Assembly: GCF_001194135.2 (NCBI RefSeq) | Contig: NC_068991.1 | Span: 78,205,396-78,269,395, forward strand | Direction of reading: 5' to 3' | Source of the DNA: Octopus bimaculoides | Lineage: Eukaryota | Length of the DNA stretch: 64,000 nucleotides | In this document: one piece after another, positions 26,441 through 40,249 of the stretch | Position numbering within the stretch: position 1 is the first letter of the stretch | Layout: the number at the start of each line of letters is the position of its first letter | Position numbers and translations under genes: made by a program | The notes under the pieces: model-generated | What the model saw: the letters and a program-made list of their open reading frames with translations, nothing else | Databases searched by the model: none | Told to the model about the DNA's origin: nothing

Positions 26441-27724
26441 TTATGTATGTATGTGTGGAGGCGCGCGGTTTAGTGGTTTAGGCGTTGCACTCATGATCGT
26501 AAGATTGTGGTTCCGATCCTTGGATCGAGCGATGGGCTGTGTTCTCGAGTAAAACCCTTAATTTTACGTTGCTCCCCTCTTATTCAGCTGGCGAAACGAA
26601 TAATGCTACAACGGAGCAGCATCCTGTCCACTGTGGGTATATAAACGCCGGAGAATCCAGGAGACAGGTCTTATTAGCCTAGGAAAGTCCCTTTTGGTCC
26701 TTTTTTATGCGTATATATGTGTGTGTGCGTTTGTGAATATTCATATGTATGTGGATATATGTGTTCGTGTATGCATATGTATGTATACGTGTGTCTGATT
26801 GCCTGGCTCTACAGAAATAATTTAAATTAAGTACAGAAGACATTTATCACAATTCCATCTCACGAATTATGAAGAATTCCGTAACAGATCCCCCGTGAGA
26901 ATACTCCATGTGTAAACCTAGATATGGGAAGTAGCATCAAGAGAATAATATGTAGCATATCGCTTTACTCGAACTCGAACCAACAAGGTTCAAGTCTGAA
27001 AGCCAAAACCGATGGTGAGTAATAAATGCCAAATTTGGTAATGTTTGGAGTTCATTTTGTCTATATCCCTGAAATCTGTTTAAATGTTTACTGGCATTCT
27101 TTCCAATCAATCAGCTTTGACGTTCTTGATTGGCGTTGACAGACAAACAGAAAGGTTTAATTTGCTCGCCTAAAGGTCTCATGGAAAATTCTACAGCATT
27201 TTGGCGAGCTGATAAGACCCTATAAGATCAGCTCTCCATAATGAATTTTTGCTATTGTGGCCAAAGGCAATATGTTTTTTAGACCCTTGTTAGTAAGATA
27301 ATTTTCATCCCTCAACTTTGTAAAAAAAACCGAAGGTTTTATCCGACATTTATACAAGATCTGTCAGCTCTCCTATTTTCTCCTATCTCCATTGTTTCTT
27401 ACTTCGCGCACATTACATACAACAAATTAATTGTACGTTTGTGTGTGTGTATTAAAATGTTTACTGTTATCGATAATCGTTGTTGAAAGTAATTCTTTCT
27501 TTTATTGATTATTCAATGTGTTAATCAGAACACCATCTTCAAACACACACGCGTGCCCGCGCGTGCGCATATTTATATTTATAAATGTGTGTGTGTGTGT
27601 ATGTATACATATATACATATGCATATATATACATATATATATAAATATATATGTATAAATATGTATATATGTGTGTACATATGTGTGTGTGTGTGTATAT
27701 ACACGCATACATATATACATATAC

Positions 27725-27791
<67 letters not shown>

Positions 27792-30654
27792 NNNNNNNNN
27801 NNNNNNNNNNNNNNNNNNNNNNNNNNNNNNNNNNNNNNNNNNNNNNNNNNNNNNNNNNNNNNNNNNNNNNNNNNNNNNNNNNNNNNNNNNNNNNNNNNNN
27901 NNNNNNNNNNNNNNNNNNNNNNNNNNNNNNNNNNNNNNNNNNNNNNNNNNNNNNNNNNNNNNNNNNNNNNNNNNNNNNNNNNNNNNNNNNNNNNNNNNNN
28001 NNNNNNNNNNNNNNNNNNNNNNNNNNNNNNNNNNNNNNNNNNNNNNNNNNNNNNNNNNNNNNNNNNNNNNNNNNNNNNNNNNNNNNNNNNNNNNNNNNNN
28101 NNNNNNNNNNNNNNNNNNNNNNNNNNNNNNNNNNNNNNNNNNNNNNNNNNNNNNNNNNNNNNNNNNNNNNNNNNNNNNNNNNNNNNNNNNNNNNNNNNNN
28201 NNNNNNNNNNNNNNNNNNNNNNNNNNNNNNNNNNNNNNNNNNNNNNNNNNNNNNNNNNNNNNNNNNNNNNNNNNNNNNNNNNNNNNNNNNNNNNNNNNNN
28301 NNNNNNNNNNNNNNNNNNNNNNNNNNNNNNNNNNNNNNNNNNNNNNNNNNNNNNNNNNNNNNNNNNNNNNNNNNNNNNNNNNNNNNNNNNNNNNNNNNNN
28401 NNNNNNNNNNNNNNNNNNNNNNNNNNNNNNNNNNNNNNNNNNNNNNNNNNNNNNNNNNNNNNNNNNNNNNNNNNNNNNNNNNNNNNNNNNNNNNNNNNNN
28501 NNNNNNNNNNNNNNNNNNNNNNNNNNNNNNNNNNNNNNNNNNNNNNNNNNNNNNNNNNNNNNNNNNNNNNNNNNNNNNNNNNNNNNNNNNNNNNNNNNNN
28601 NNNNNNNNNNNNNNNNNNNNNNNNNNNNNNNNNNNNNNNNNNNNNNNNNNNNNNNNNNNNNNNNNNNNNNNNNNNNNNNNNNNNNNNNNNNNNNNNNNNN
28701 NNNNNNNNNNNNNNNNNNNNNTATGTATGTATGTATGTATATATAAGAGAAAGGCAGTTAATGAAAAGTCGAGGAGGATATTGTTCACTGAGACTTGAAA
28801 GAAATCTGCTCATAATATTAAATATGATTAATAATAAAAACAAAAATAAAACACAGGCAAAATGCATAAACTAAAATCAAATAAAAATGAAATGGAATTA
28901 TAAGACGTGTATATGAATAAAGCCATACACATGTAGGTACAGAAATCATAAAATATACAAAACAATAAATTGCAGCAATACGAATATACATACATTTCTA
29001 AGTTTCTATGAAAACGTTCGGCGAGATGTCAGTTGTTTAAATTTTATAGTATGATCAATATTTGAGCCGTAAATTATTTAGTACGAAGCGTCAAGTGCAG
29101 TTAGTGAAGGGATGTTTTGTTCGTTAATCATATACTTACTATTCTTCACTTCTGTTTAACAAGTTTAAAACCAAGAGACATTGTTGTAATATGAATATGT
29201 ATGGTGTGTTTGTTAATGGAATTTAGGCTTTTAAAGAGATCAAACGAGGAAGTTCCAACGTTAAGTATGGAGAGTTGAAAGATCGAGCAAGGGTTCAAGA
29301 CCTTCAGGCATTGATTTAAATGGATTAAATATACCGGTGTAAATGTAGGGGCTTTATTATTGCTGGTATAAATGTATTAGAAATATATTGAACGTTGCAT
29401 GTTTAAAATACACAAACAAGGTAAAAGAATCAACGAATATTTATTAACAGACTCGTTCTAGTTACTGCCATGCACTGAACATTCCAGTTCCTACAATATG
29501 TGCGTGCGTCTGTGTACATTGTTGAGCAGTATATTACTGGTTATGGCATATAACTGGTCAGAATGTTACCGACAGTTTCACGCAGACTATCGCACTTGGC
29601 AATATTGATAACACTTCAGGCATCGTGATGGAAGTGCAAAGACCCTTTCATGTTAAAAGTTAATACACACACACACACACACACACACACACGTATGTAT
29701 GTATGTATGTATGTATGTATGTATTATTGCTGGGGTTTTTTGAGTTTAAGTTCTTCTTGGGAGTGTTCAAACCGATCGCTAACAAAGCGACAAGACTTCT
29801 TGAGTTAAGAGACCTCCTGGTGTTTGTAAATATGTGGTTGAGTTGATGTATTGGTTGAGCTTCGATGCACGCACCCAAATGTGTGTATCTATTTCCAAGT
29901 GGTGGAAAGTTATAGTATTTTCCAAGAGGGAAGGAAGAGTTGCCTCCCATGGAACGAAGTCATGTGTGGTCGAGCGGTGCTAGCCATGCGTGTGTGCATG
30001 TTTGTCGTTCTCTAATTCGACAAAGGGAGCCATGTTGTCTAAACGAATTTCCTTCTATGAGGGCAAGAAGAAAATATTTCGCTTTTACGATTTAGAAAAG
30101 CACCCCCAATTTATTAGATTGTTTCTCCTCTCGGTTAAACAAAACCTGTAACGTCTAATTCAATTCAGATATGGTCTAACATATTCGTTAATGTTTGTTT
30201 TATGTCAAGTTATTTATAAAAGCAATTTAATTTAACATTAAACGCAAAGGTTCCCAATAACTTTTAATAGAATACATATTTATGAATTTTTACAAGGAAA
30301 AAATTAGAAATTATTTCGAGGTACTCGCTTCTTTGTTGTCATTATCATTGATATGTATATGTATATGTGTGTACATGCGTGCGTGTATGTGTGTGCATGT
30401 ATATATATATATATATATATATATNNNNNNNNNNNNNNNNNNNNNNNNNNNNNNNNNNNNNNNNNNNNNNNNNNNNATGAAAATACAAAATGGGACAAGA
30501 ACGCAAAACATCCAAACAATTAGGTGATACAAAAATAGGACAACAAAACATCCAGATAGACGATACAAAGAAAACAAGGACGAGTTTTCTTTCCTCAGTC
30601 GAGTTCCAGATTATCTTTGCAATTTCGGCTGGTTATATTCGAGATTGTTCCAGT

Positions 30655-30870
30655 CTCTGGATTAAGTAAGTTCAAATGGGAATTAAAGGATAAAAACATT
30701 GAATTTAATATTAAATGGGAGATTGTTAGTTTTGCAAAGCCATATCAAATCTCCAACAAAATATGTGAACTATGTGAAGTTACACAGAAAATTATACTCG
30801 GTTGCATCAGCAACTGCTCATACTCTGTGCAGTAGAAACACGTGTAGGTCGTTGTAAGCATAAAAATATG
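30655..30870 (+). mobile_element. Penelope-like element GIY-YIG C-terminal fragment
   Basis: LSKFKWELKDKNIEFNIKWEIVSFAKPYQISNKICELC...GRCKHKN. Confidence 0.75.
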
Positions 30871-32024
30871 ACATTGTGGAAGTACCAGTTTCCATATTCT
30901 CTTTCGTTATAATTATTGGTGATACATACACACACACATATATATATATACATACATACATACATATATATATANNNNNNNNNNNNNNNNNNNNNNNNNN
31001 NNNNNNNNNNNNNNNNNNNNNNNNNNNNNNNNNNNNNNNNNNNNNNNNNNNNNNNNNNNNNNNNNNNNNNNNNNNNNNNNNNNNNNNNNNNNNNNNNNNN
31101 NNNNNNNNNNNNNNNNNNNNNNNNNNNNNNNNNNNNNNNNNNNNNNNNNNNNNNNNNNNNNNNNNNNNNNNNNNNNNNNNNNNNNNNNNNNNNNNNNNNN
31201 NNNNNNNNNNNNNNNNNNNNNNNNNNNNNNNNNNNNNNNNNNNNNNNNNNNNNNNNNNNNNNNNNNNNNNNNNNNNNNNNNNNNNNNNNNNNNNNNNNNN
31301 NNNNNNNNNNNNNNNNNNNNNNNNNNNNNNNNNNNNNNNNNNNNNNNNNNNNNNNNNNNNNNNNNNNNNNNNNNNNNNNNNNNNNNNNNNNNNNNNNNNN
31401 NNNNNNNNNNNNNNNNNNNNNNNNNNNNNNNNNNNNNNNNNNNNNNNNNNNNNNNNNNNNNNNNNNNNNNNNNNNNNNNNNNNNNNNNNNNNNNNNNNNN
31501 NNNNNNNNNNNNNNNNNNNNNNNNNNNNNNNNNNNNNNNNNNNNNNNNNNNNNNNNNNNNNNNNNNNNNNNNNNNNNNNNNNNNNNNNNNNNNNNNNNNN
31601 NNNNNNNNNNNNNNNNNNNNNNNNNNNNNNNNNNNNNNNNNNNNNNNNNNNNNNNNNNNNNNNNNNNNNNNNNNNNNNNNNNNNNNNNNNNNNNNNNNNN
31701 NNNNNNNNNNNNNNNNNNNNNNNNNNNNNNNNNNNNNNNNNNNNNNNNNNNNNNNNNNNNNNNNNNNNNNNNNNNNNNNNNNNNNNNNNNNNNNNNNNNN
31801 NNNNNNNNNNNNNNNNNNNNNNNNNNNNNNNNNNNNNNNNNNNNNNNNNNNNNNNNNNNNNNNNNNNNNNNNNNNNNNNNNNNNNNNNNNNNNNNNNNNN
31901 NNNNNNNNNNNNNNNNNNNNNNNNNNNNNNNNNNNNNNNNNNNNNNNNNNNNNNNNNNNNNNAATATATTCGCCATAAATAATCTATTCGCCATGATTTT
32001 CTCTCACTGCTAATTTCTGTATTC

Positions 32025-32060
32025 CTTTCTGTCGAAGAGCGTCGGCTCGAAACGTAAAAG
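32025..32060 (+). ncRNA. hammerhead-like fold with variant core
   Basis: CUUU-CUGUCGA-A-GAG(CGUCGG)CUC-GAAA-CG-U-A|AAAG. Stems I and II are intact, stem III is the palindrome ACGU, and the core has A6U plus an extra A after A9. Confidence 0.55.
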
Positions 32061-32174
32061 ACTTTCTCACTTCCCGAGCGTTAAACTAATACATCTGTTT
32101 GTTGTTTACACACCCGTCTTCGTCTTTTTTTTTCTGTAAATTCCAACTATATATATATATATATATATATACTT

Positions 32175-32553
32175 GCTCTGCTCTGCCTGACCTCTTGTAC
32201 CAGCGAAAAACAGATGCTCGGCTCGTGCAATTTAATCCATGACCAGCCTGGAGCGTTTCATAAGTTTCTGTAGCATTCCTGCCCAGTTTAACACAAAGCT
32301 TTATTCCATAGCGAGCTTCCAGATTGTACTCACGTCCCGGCACCATTCTGTAAACCAGTCAGCTGTGACAAGCAGTATTCAATAGTTTGTGTTCAAAGTG
32401 CTCTTACAGTCGTATCGTTCAATCTGGAATAAAAGATTGGCTGGGCAGCTTATTATATTTATAGTAATGATAAACTAAAATTAAAATGATCAAAGACATT
32501 TATAACTCCCTCTCCTAAAAAAAAGTCTCAAGACTTCTGGGATGTACCTTGTA
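32175..32553 (-). mobile_element. mariner 5' fragment (terminus + HTH start)
   Basis: EARYGIKLCVKLGRNATETYETLQ...RASVFRWYKR; terminus-like TACAAGGTACATCCCAGAAGTC at 32553. Confidence 0.7.
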
Positions 32554-32641
32554 TGTATGTATGTAGGTAGGTATTATGTATGTATTATGTATGCATGCAT
32601 GTATGTATGTATGCATGTATGTATGTACGTATGTATGTATG

Positions 32642-32706
<65 letters not shown>

Positions 32707-32719
32707 GTATGCATGTGTG

Positions 32720-32750
<31 letters not shown>

Positions 32751-33009
32751 ATTTGCGTATGAGTGTGCGTGTGTGTCTTTATGTCTATGTTTGTCCCCAA
32801 TCGTTTGACAATCGGTGTCGGTGTGTTTATGTCCACACACCATAGCGGTTTGGCAAAAGAAGCAGATAGAATAAGCACCTGGCTTTGGCAAAAAATAAAT
32901 ACTGGTGGTGATTCGTTCGACTAAAATTCTTCAAGGTGATGCCCCAGCAAGGCCGCAATCCAATGACTAAGACAAATAAAAGACATATGGCTATCTTTTT
33001 ATCACACTT

Positions 33010-33290
33010 AATGTAAATACATCGTTGAAAGGCAAATTCACTGTGATATTCACCCGGAGATGATATCTCTTATGGACGTGATGTATTTAAAGACGCAATA
33101 TATATCAGATGGAGACGAAAATCGTTCCGGCAGCAACTAGTAAGAACCCTAGATGCATTTCGGCCTCAATGCGGTTTATCAATGACGTGTACTTACAGTC
33201 AACCACATATTTCGACGAGATTCGTCGCCACCGATATATAGAAAATCAGTAAATAAACATCCACTGACTCTAAAAATGGAGACAGCCTTG
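33010..33290 (+). mobile_element. possible highly decayed PLE RT thumb fragment
   Basis: KFT..., ISLMDV, IYRKSVNKHPLTLK resemble the PLE IKFT/FLDV/YRKxT..HP series, but in broken frames. Confidence 0.3.
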
Positions 33291-33927
33291 ATTCAATCAG
33301 CTTCAACTGACAAAAGGAAGTCGTAAAAAGAAACGCTAAGAATGGTTCGAACCGGGTGTCCAGACGAGAGCGTCAGTCTCCATCCACGATCCTCGCACTT
33401 CCGTAGAATCATGAAGGAGCGAACTGACAGGCTGCTGGGGATTTCGAAACACAGGCTCGTGAACAAGACTATACGAGGAGCCAGGCTAATCGAGGAGGGG
33501 CAAATAAACGCTTATGCCTACAAACATCAATGTACACGTCCATTCATTCCGTCTGGACCACTCCACTGTAGAATATCTCGCTTGTCTTAACCACACTCTT
33601 GTACCAGCAAATTTCCAGCAGCTATTTAACCGAATTACCACAGCACCGTTCTCAAGACAATATTGATTCCGAAGCGAATGTCCAGGAACCTATTACGAAA
33701 TTAAAAATATGAATAAATGAAGTGAAGAATCTCATTGTTGTAGTTATTGCATACAAATGCAGAAATCGTTCAAAGTGGCTGCATTTGCGAAAATCTTTTC
33801 CAATCGATTGTAATCGAATCTAGCTTTATATTTCTAAACCCTTCTCTCCAATATGTCATTACAGTTCTTTCCATCGACATGGGCAACTACAACTAAAAAT
33901 AGTGCTACAATATAACTATTACTACTA

Positions 33928-33935
33928 ATAGTAGT

Positions 33936-33967
<32 letters not shown>

Positions 33968-34117
33968 ATGGCGGTTGTGATGGTGATGGTGGTGATGATG
34001 GTGGTGGTGGTGGTAGTAGTGGTGATGGTGGCGGCGGCAGCAGCAGCAGAAGCAGCAGCAGGAGTAGTAGTAGTAGTAGTAGTAGAGGTGGCGGTGGTGG
34101 TGGTGGTGGTGGTGGTG
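33928..34117. repeat. compound trinucleotide microsatellite (TAG/GGT/GAT/GCA)
   Basis: Directly visible; it produces the spurious poly-P/L/T ORFs. Confidence 0.95.
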
Positions 34118-35049
34118 CTTCTGCTGCTGAACACAATGGCTTGCTGTATTTAGTTGCGTTTCTTTATGATCTCAGTTCTAAATATCCCCGCACCGAGGTC
34201 AGTTTTGCGTNNNNNNNNNNNNNNNNNNNNNNNNNNNNNNNNNNNNNNNNNNNNNNNNNNNNNNNNNNNNNNNNNNNNNNNNNNNNNNNNNNNNNNNNNN
34301 NNNNNNNNNNNNNNNNNNNNNNNNNNNNNNNNNNNNNNNNNNNNNNNNNNNNNNNNNNNNNNNNNNNNNNNNNNNNNNNNNNNNNNNNNNNNNNNNNNNN
34401 NNNNNNNNNNNNNNNNNNNNNNNNNNNNNNNNNNNNNNNNNNNNNNNNNNNNNNNNNNNNNNNNNNNNNNNNNNNNNNNNNNNNNNNNNNNNNNNNNNNN
34501 NNNNNNNNNNNNNNNNNNNNNNNNNNNNNNNNNNNNNNNNNNNNNNNNNNNNNNNNNNNNNNNNNNNNNNNNNNNNNNNNNNNNNNNNNNNNNNNNNNNN
34601 NNNNNNNNNNNNNNNNNNNNNNNNNNNNNNNNNNNNNNNNNNNNNNNNNNNNNNNNNNNNNNNNNNNNNNNNNNNNNNNNNNNNNNNNNNNNNNNNNNNN
34701 NNNNNNNNNNNNNNNNNNNNNNNNNNNNNNNNNNNNNNNNNNNNNNNNNNNNNNNNNNNNNNGTAGGGAGCTACTTCGTCGAAGATTTCTTTGAAGAAAA
34801 GTTGGACATTCTTCTACTATAAAGACCATACATAGATGACTGGAATTTGTGTTAATATGATTTTCTCGTTTGGCTTATTGTTTGGGTAGCAATTGTTCCT
34901 GTGCAAGCTGAGGTTGATACCAAGAAAACTTTAAAATACTGCTATGGGTGGTTATGAAATTCTTGAATTTACTAACGAACATTTTCTATGTGAAGTATTC
35001 TTACTGGCGTGATGAGAACTGGCTGCCTCGTCGTCTCCACGAAATCCTG

Positions 35050-35438
35050 TTTACGCTTTTACTCTTTTACTTGTTTCAGTCATTTGACTGCGGCCATGCT
35101 GGAGCACCGCCTTTAGTCGAACAAATCGACCCCAGGACTTATTCTTTGAAAGCCTAGTACTTATTCTATCGGTCTCTTTTGCCGAACCGCTAAGTTACGG
35201 GGACGTAAACACACCAGCATCGGTTGTCAAGCGATGGTGGGGGGACAAACACAGACACACATACATATATATATACATATATACGACGGGCTTCTTTCAG
35301 TTTCCGTGTACCAAATACACTCACAAGGCTTTGGTCGGCCCGAGGCTATAGTAGAAGACACTTGCCCAAGGTGTCACGCAGTGGGACAGAACCCGGAACC
35401 ATGTGGTTGGTAAGCAAGCTACTTACCACACAGCCACT
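35050..35438 (-). mobile_element. SINE family A (tRNA-like head, internal TA/TG microsatellite), full-length young copy
   Basis: A-box-like TGGCTGTGTGGT and B-box-like GGTTC(T/A)GTCCC; nearly identical to 58598-58982 and 21801-22188. Confidence 0.9.
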
Positions 35439-35758
35439 AAACTTTGTGTTTTGTGCACCTTTTTATGTCCAGACCGACAATGTCACAAACTGGCGCCGAA
35501 TGAACCTGAGGGAGCTGAGAGGCTGTTTAAAGCAGGCAGAATCTTTCTGGAAGAACAATCTTTGTCTCACATACAGAAATGCCGCCGGTTGTTAACATAC
35601 AAAATAAGCTTAACTCTGATATTGAAGTTTCAAGAAATCTAAATAGATTTTTATTTTCTTCGATAAAACCAATAAACTATACGAAATAAACAATAACAAT
35701 ATATACTCAATTACTTATAAAAATTATCGCTACCAATTAATGAAAAATTAGCGCACAG

Positions 35759-35873
<115 letters not shown>

Positions 35874-35951
35874 ACAACGTAAATAATGAGCCAAAAAATA
35901 GAGATCAGGAAGTGATATTAGAAAATCGCTTTGTGCAAGACGTACAACTCA

Positions 35952-37290
35952 AAATGTAGGCTAATTAATTCAGCTAAAACAGAGATTGAACAAATTAGTA
36001 AGAAAATATTAAGTAAAAGTAACAATAGCATTAGGAAGACAAGCAGGCACCAACAATGAAAACCAAGGATTGGTTTTCATATTAATAATAAGCATGATTC
36101 CACGTTCACCCAGTTTGCCATTGCTGATTTTTATCGTTCGATCTTTCAACCTTTTCTCGTTGGCACCCCACATTTCGACAGAAGATACAATAGCCTAGAT
36201 AACATAGACATATCAAATGGTATGCATTCAAGAAAGACTACTTTTCAATAAAAATTCTACCTAAGACAAAAAATCAGATCCAACAGGTTCAATTGATGTA
36301 ATCGTTTAAGAGAACAAATAGTTGGAATGTCGTTGGTCTTCGCACACAAGGCGTACTAACCACGAAATTCGCTACAGCCACCAAAGGAATATATGGAGTC
36401 GACAGACTTACCGCTTCTTCTCACGCCAGTAGGCCTATATTAGAAAACGTTCGGAAAATTCGTTAACACATTCAAGAATTTCGATCCAAAAATGACCATT
36501 ATCGTAGTTTTGCAAACATCTTAAATGTTACCCTCGACTTACACACTTACAAAGCGCACAGTAAACTCGAAGAGATACTCATTAACATTGGTTCCTATTC
36601 TCTATCTTCAGTCTTTAGAAATGTAATTAGTAACTTTAGTAGAAGAAACTCTAAATGTTCTTCAAACAAAAATCTTCGATAAGCCAGTTTCCTTTTGCAG
36701 AATTGATTTAGCAAAAAATTATTTACATTCGTCTATACTACATAAGACTAGACCCCGCAACATTTTATAGTTTCTACTCCTTGTAAACATGATGTTACAA
36801 AAACATTTCTAGACTTAAAAGATAAATATTTCTCAATTTAACACCAAGACAGAAAATTCTTCATCAGATACCACTTAAAAATTAGTTACATTATATGTCC
36901 AACACGAAATACATCACAACACAATCGCACAATATCATATTAGGTAATGTTCACGTGCAGAAACACCGATGCATGCCTACTCATTCAATTGCGTAATGCC
37001 GAAGCGAAGTCTATGAAGCAAACGTCACCTCTGAGCGTAAAAATATCAGAGGCATGTTCAAACTACATAAAAATAACAGGGATAAATTCAAACAACGTTA
37101 CCTTCATCTTTCTTCATCTTTCTTCATCTTTCATCCTTGTTAAAAAGAAGAACGCAACAACTTTGTCAAACAACATTTGGAACTTAAAAGGACACATCAA
37201 CGATTTCGATATTAAATGAAAAATACTAGAGCAATACACACTTTATACGACTGATACAAACAACTGCAAATTATGCAGCAGGGTGACAAG
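35952..37290 (+). mobile_element. degenerate Penelope-like element (RT + GIY-YIG), many frameshifts
   Basis: Ordered remnants: KCRLINSAKTEIEQISKKIL; FTQFAIADFYRSI; NILNVTLDL; NFSRRNSKCSSNK; RPRNIL; KTFLDLKDKYF; VYEANVTSE; FKQRY; NATTLSNNIWNLK; CKLC. Confidence 0.8.
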
Positions 37291-39499
37291 CAGCTACACA
37301 CGGGGAAAACAAGAAAATTCGTGAATTACCTAAACACAAGACATGGGGTGGGGATTAAAGGTCTAGTCCAAAAGCTGGCAACAGAGTCGATTCGGATAAA
37401 GGAGCCAAAAAAACAAGCTGTAGCTTTCGTCTTTCTTTTTTAAGTATAGTGTGATTCCATGACGTATATGCTGTAGAACCAGAAAGAAGAGCTTCTCCGA
37501 AGTCGTTTGATCTGCTAGAAATAGGAACCAAATCTCTCCCAAAGCACATCCTAATGTTTAAAAAAATCAGGAAGGCTGCATTAGATAACACACTCCTAGA
37601 TATATATGATAGAATGGTCAGAAGTGGTTTGAATTTGATCCTAGAACCTTCCCAATTGGAGCTGACCTGAATCTAAACAGGAAAACCATATTTCCCTGTC
37701 ATCTAGAGACTTGTTTCTTCTAAAAATTTAAATAATATAAACAGAAAATGGAAACACGATAATACATACACATATGCGCGTGCACACGCACACACACATA
37801 TATCGGTAGCTGTATCTAAATGAACATTCGATTACTAAGCTACTGCTGTCTATTAATCATTTAAACGAAACCATTATTTGTTTCTTTTATCAGATCTAAC
37901 CAGATATTAGACGAAAATTTTAAACACAGCTGACGTCACTTACTTAATCTACTTCGCGAAGTTATTTGATTAAAACTTCGTCTGGTTTTAAGCAAGCTGT
38001 ATACATGGTCCATTACACACTTGCTGACCGATATTCAAACCGAACATCGGTCAATAATGCAAGATTTTCATCATTTGACTGGACATTATTGAATGCTATA
38101 TGTTGTATGAAACAAAAATGGCCGCCGACGCAGAAACAGACGACCAGCCAAGGGAGATTGACGGTTCGTATCGCTTACAATTCTACATCGTGTTCGTCTG
38201 TGGTCGAGGCACTTTAACTGATTCTGTAAATCTTCTTTGGTGTCCGTCTATCTGTCACGAGAGACAATGGAGTTTCGGAACACGGATCAGTCAGGATTTG
38301 AGCTGCAGCTCTACAAAGGAGAATGAGGCAATTCACCGTCCATGTTGTTGCTGCTATTTTTCCCTGATGACACTGGAATATCCTCTTTCGAACACAAGCT
38401 TGAGTTGGATGTATGGCGATCCAGGGTTGCCTAAACACCAGAATCACAGACTCTTAACCTCTCTACTGTAATCCAAAGGTGTGTAGAACAACATATTTGG
38501 CACTAGTTTGGCTGTAGGATTTGCTATAAGAGTGTCCAGTTGACACCAAACTCCCTTTGGTGTTCTATTCCCAATTTTTATAAGATTAACTCCCTAGGTT
38601 TACCATACCAGATTGTGAGATGTTTACCTTTAGTTGCGAATCTGTATCACTAGACATGGCGCCATATCAGATAATATCAATTGAAGCTGAAATGAGATTC
38701 ATGTAAGACTGGAATGTTGCACCCTGAAGTAGTAAAAGAGAACGTTATTCAATACCTAGAGTAAAATAGAGCACAATAAATAAAGTACAATATCTAAATT
38801 CTTCATTGAAACAACTCAAGAAAAACCGTTTACATGAAATTAGAAAAGAAGCTTTAGATTTTAAACTATCTCGAGAAACCACGATGTTATGCATCAGTGA
38901 TCAATTAGGATTTAAACTTAAAGTGCCTGCAGTGAATGTTACATTTCATAATAGCACTGTAACGCCCAAGTTCGGCCTCATGTATAGAGATCATGAGTTG
39001 TCGTCACCTCTTGACCTCACTGTTGAGACCCAGAGGGATTTAAAGCAACACATTTTTTACAAGTTTGGCGGCAGGATTTGCTAGAAGAGCCTCAAGCTGA
39101 ACACCAAACTGTTTTCAAGGCTGTGTTCCAGATTTATTATAAGATTCACTCTCTTAGTTTATCACACAAGGTTGCAGACTTTTGCCCATAGCTGGATGGA
39201 TCTCTAACCCTGGACTGGGGTGGGGCTTCTATACGAGTACTTATCTGTCGGAGCCAGCAGACGCCAAGACACGCATCAGGTAGAGTTGTTACGTCCTGAA
39301 AAAGTAACTGAGTTCATCATCCTCTACTTTTTATACACACTCCTTGTACATATATCCCCATTTCAACCCAGATCGAATAGTCTCATGGTCAATAGCATTC
39401 CAGTCATGACCATCCCATCTTATTTTCAGACAGTATACCTTGCACTACGTCATTCAATGTGTCCTTCCTTGTTTCAGGCATCCATCCATCTTCTCCGCC

Positions 39500-39870
39500 C
39501 ATTATTCGTAGGAGAGGCGAAGACGTAAAGCCCTCAGGTGCTTCGTCCATAGGATCTTATCCAAAGCAACCATCGTTACACTTTCCTGTTGGTTTCCCAA
39601 ACGGGACCAGCTGAGATTATGAACATTATCCCACCATTTCGTTCTTGGTCTACCCCTGGGTCCCTTCCTGGTTGGCTTGGCTCGAAGAATCCGCCTTACG
39701 ATTCTTTCCTGCAACATTCTTGTCCCATGTCCATCGTACCGAAGTAATGATTCGACCTAGAGACACTCCCACCCCGCCCATCACTGAGCTACGCACCCGG
39801 TCGAATAAGGTGCGATTTAAGGAAATGTGACTGATATTTCTAATAAAGGCCGAGCGACCACATGTAAGTT
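39500..39870 (-). mobile_element. RTE-clade LINE 3' end fragment
   Basis: DRVRSSV...RIVRRILRAKPTRKGPRGRPRTKWWD...SWSRLG...ALDKILW. Confidence 0.75.
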
Positions 39871-40029
39871 TATTCGTGCAATTCATTGCAGTGAGCAGCG
39901 ATTATAGTGTACGTTGGGGTGTGGGTGTGGGAGAGAAATTACTAATGTTCAACTATTCATCTTATTAGAAAATTACTATTTTTAAATCTCACAACGAGAA
40001 ATATTCAGCAAGAGTACTTTGGAGTAAAT

Positions 40030-40249
40030 ATTGTTTGCCAGCATAACATGGCAGTCCTGGTTTAGGACGAATGTTGCTGTAATTTAGCCCCAGGAGACAT
40101 CGTCTCCAGCTGGCTATACGACACGATCTGTTCGAAAATATAAGGACACAGATCGTGTCGTATAGCCAGCTGGAGATGATGTCTCCTGGGGCTAAATTAC
40201 AGCAACATTCGTCCTAAACCAGGACGGCCATGTTATGTTGGCAAACAAT
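40030..40249. mobile_element. near-perfect inverted repeat (102-bp arms, 16-nt loop), probable MITE
   Basis: 40030-40131 is the reverse complement of 40148-40249 with 3 differences, two of them G.U compatible. Confidence 0.85.

Noticed and set aside
29545-29610. Minus-strand GAAA-CUGUCGG-UA-ACAUUC half-hammerhead
   Set aside because: No CUGANGA core in register.
33140-33190. Minus-strand GAAA-UGCAU-C with palindromic stem III
   Set aside because: The core reads UUGAUAA and stem I does not pair; too degenerate to call a hammerhead.
33834-34153. Poly-Pro/Leu/Thr/Ala ORFs resembling a low-complexity protein
   Set aside because: Compound trinucleotide microsatellite that is open in several frames and has no splice context.
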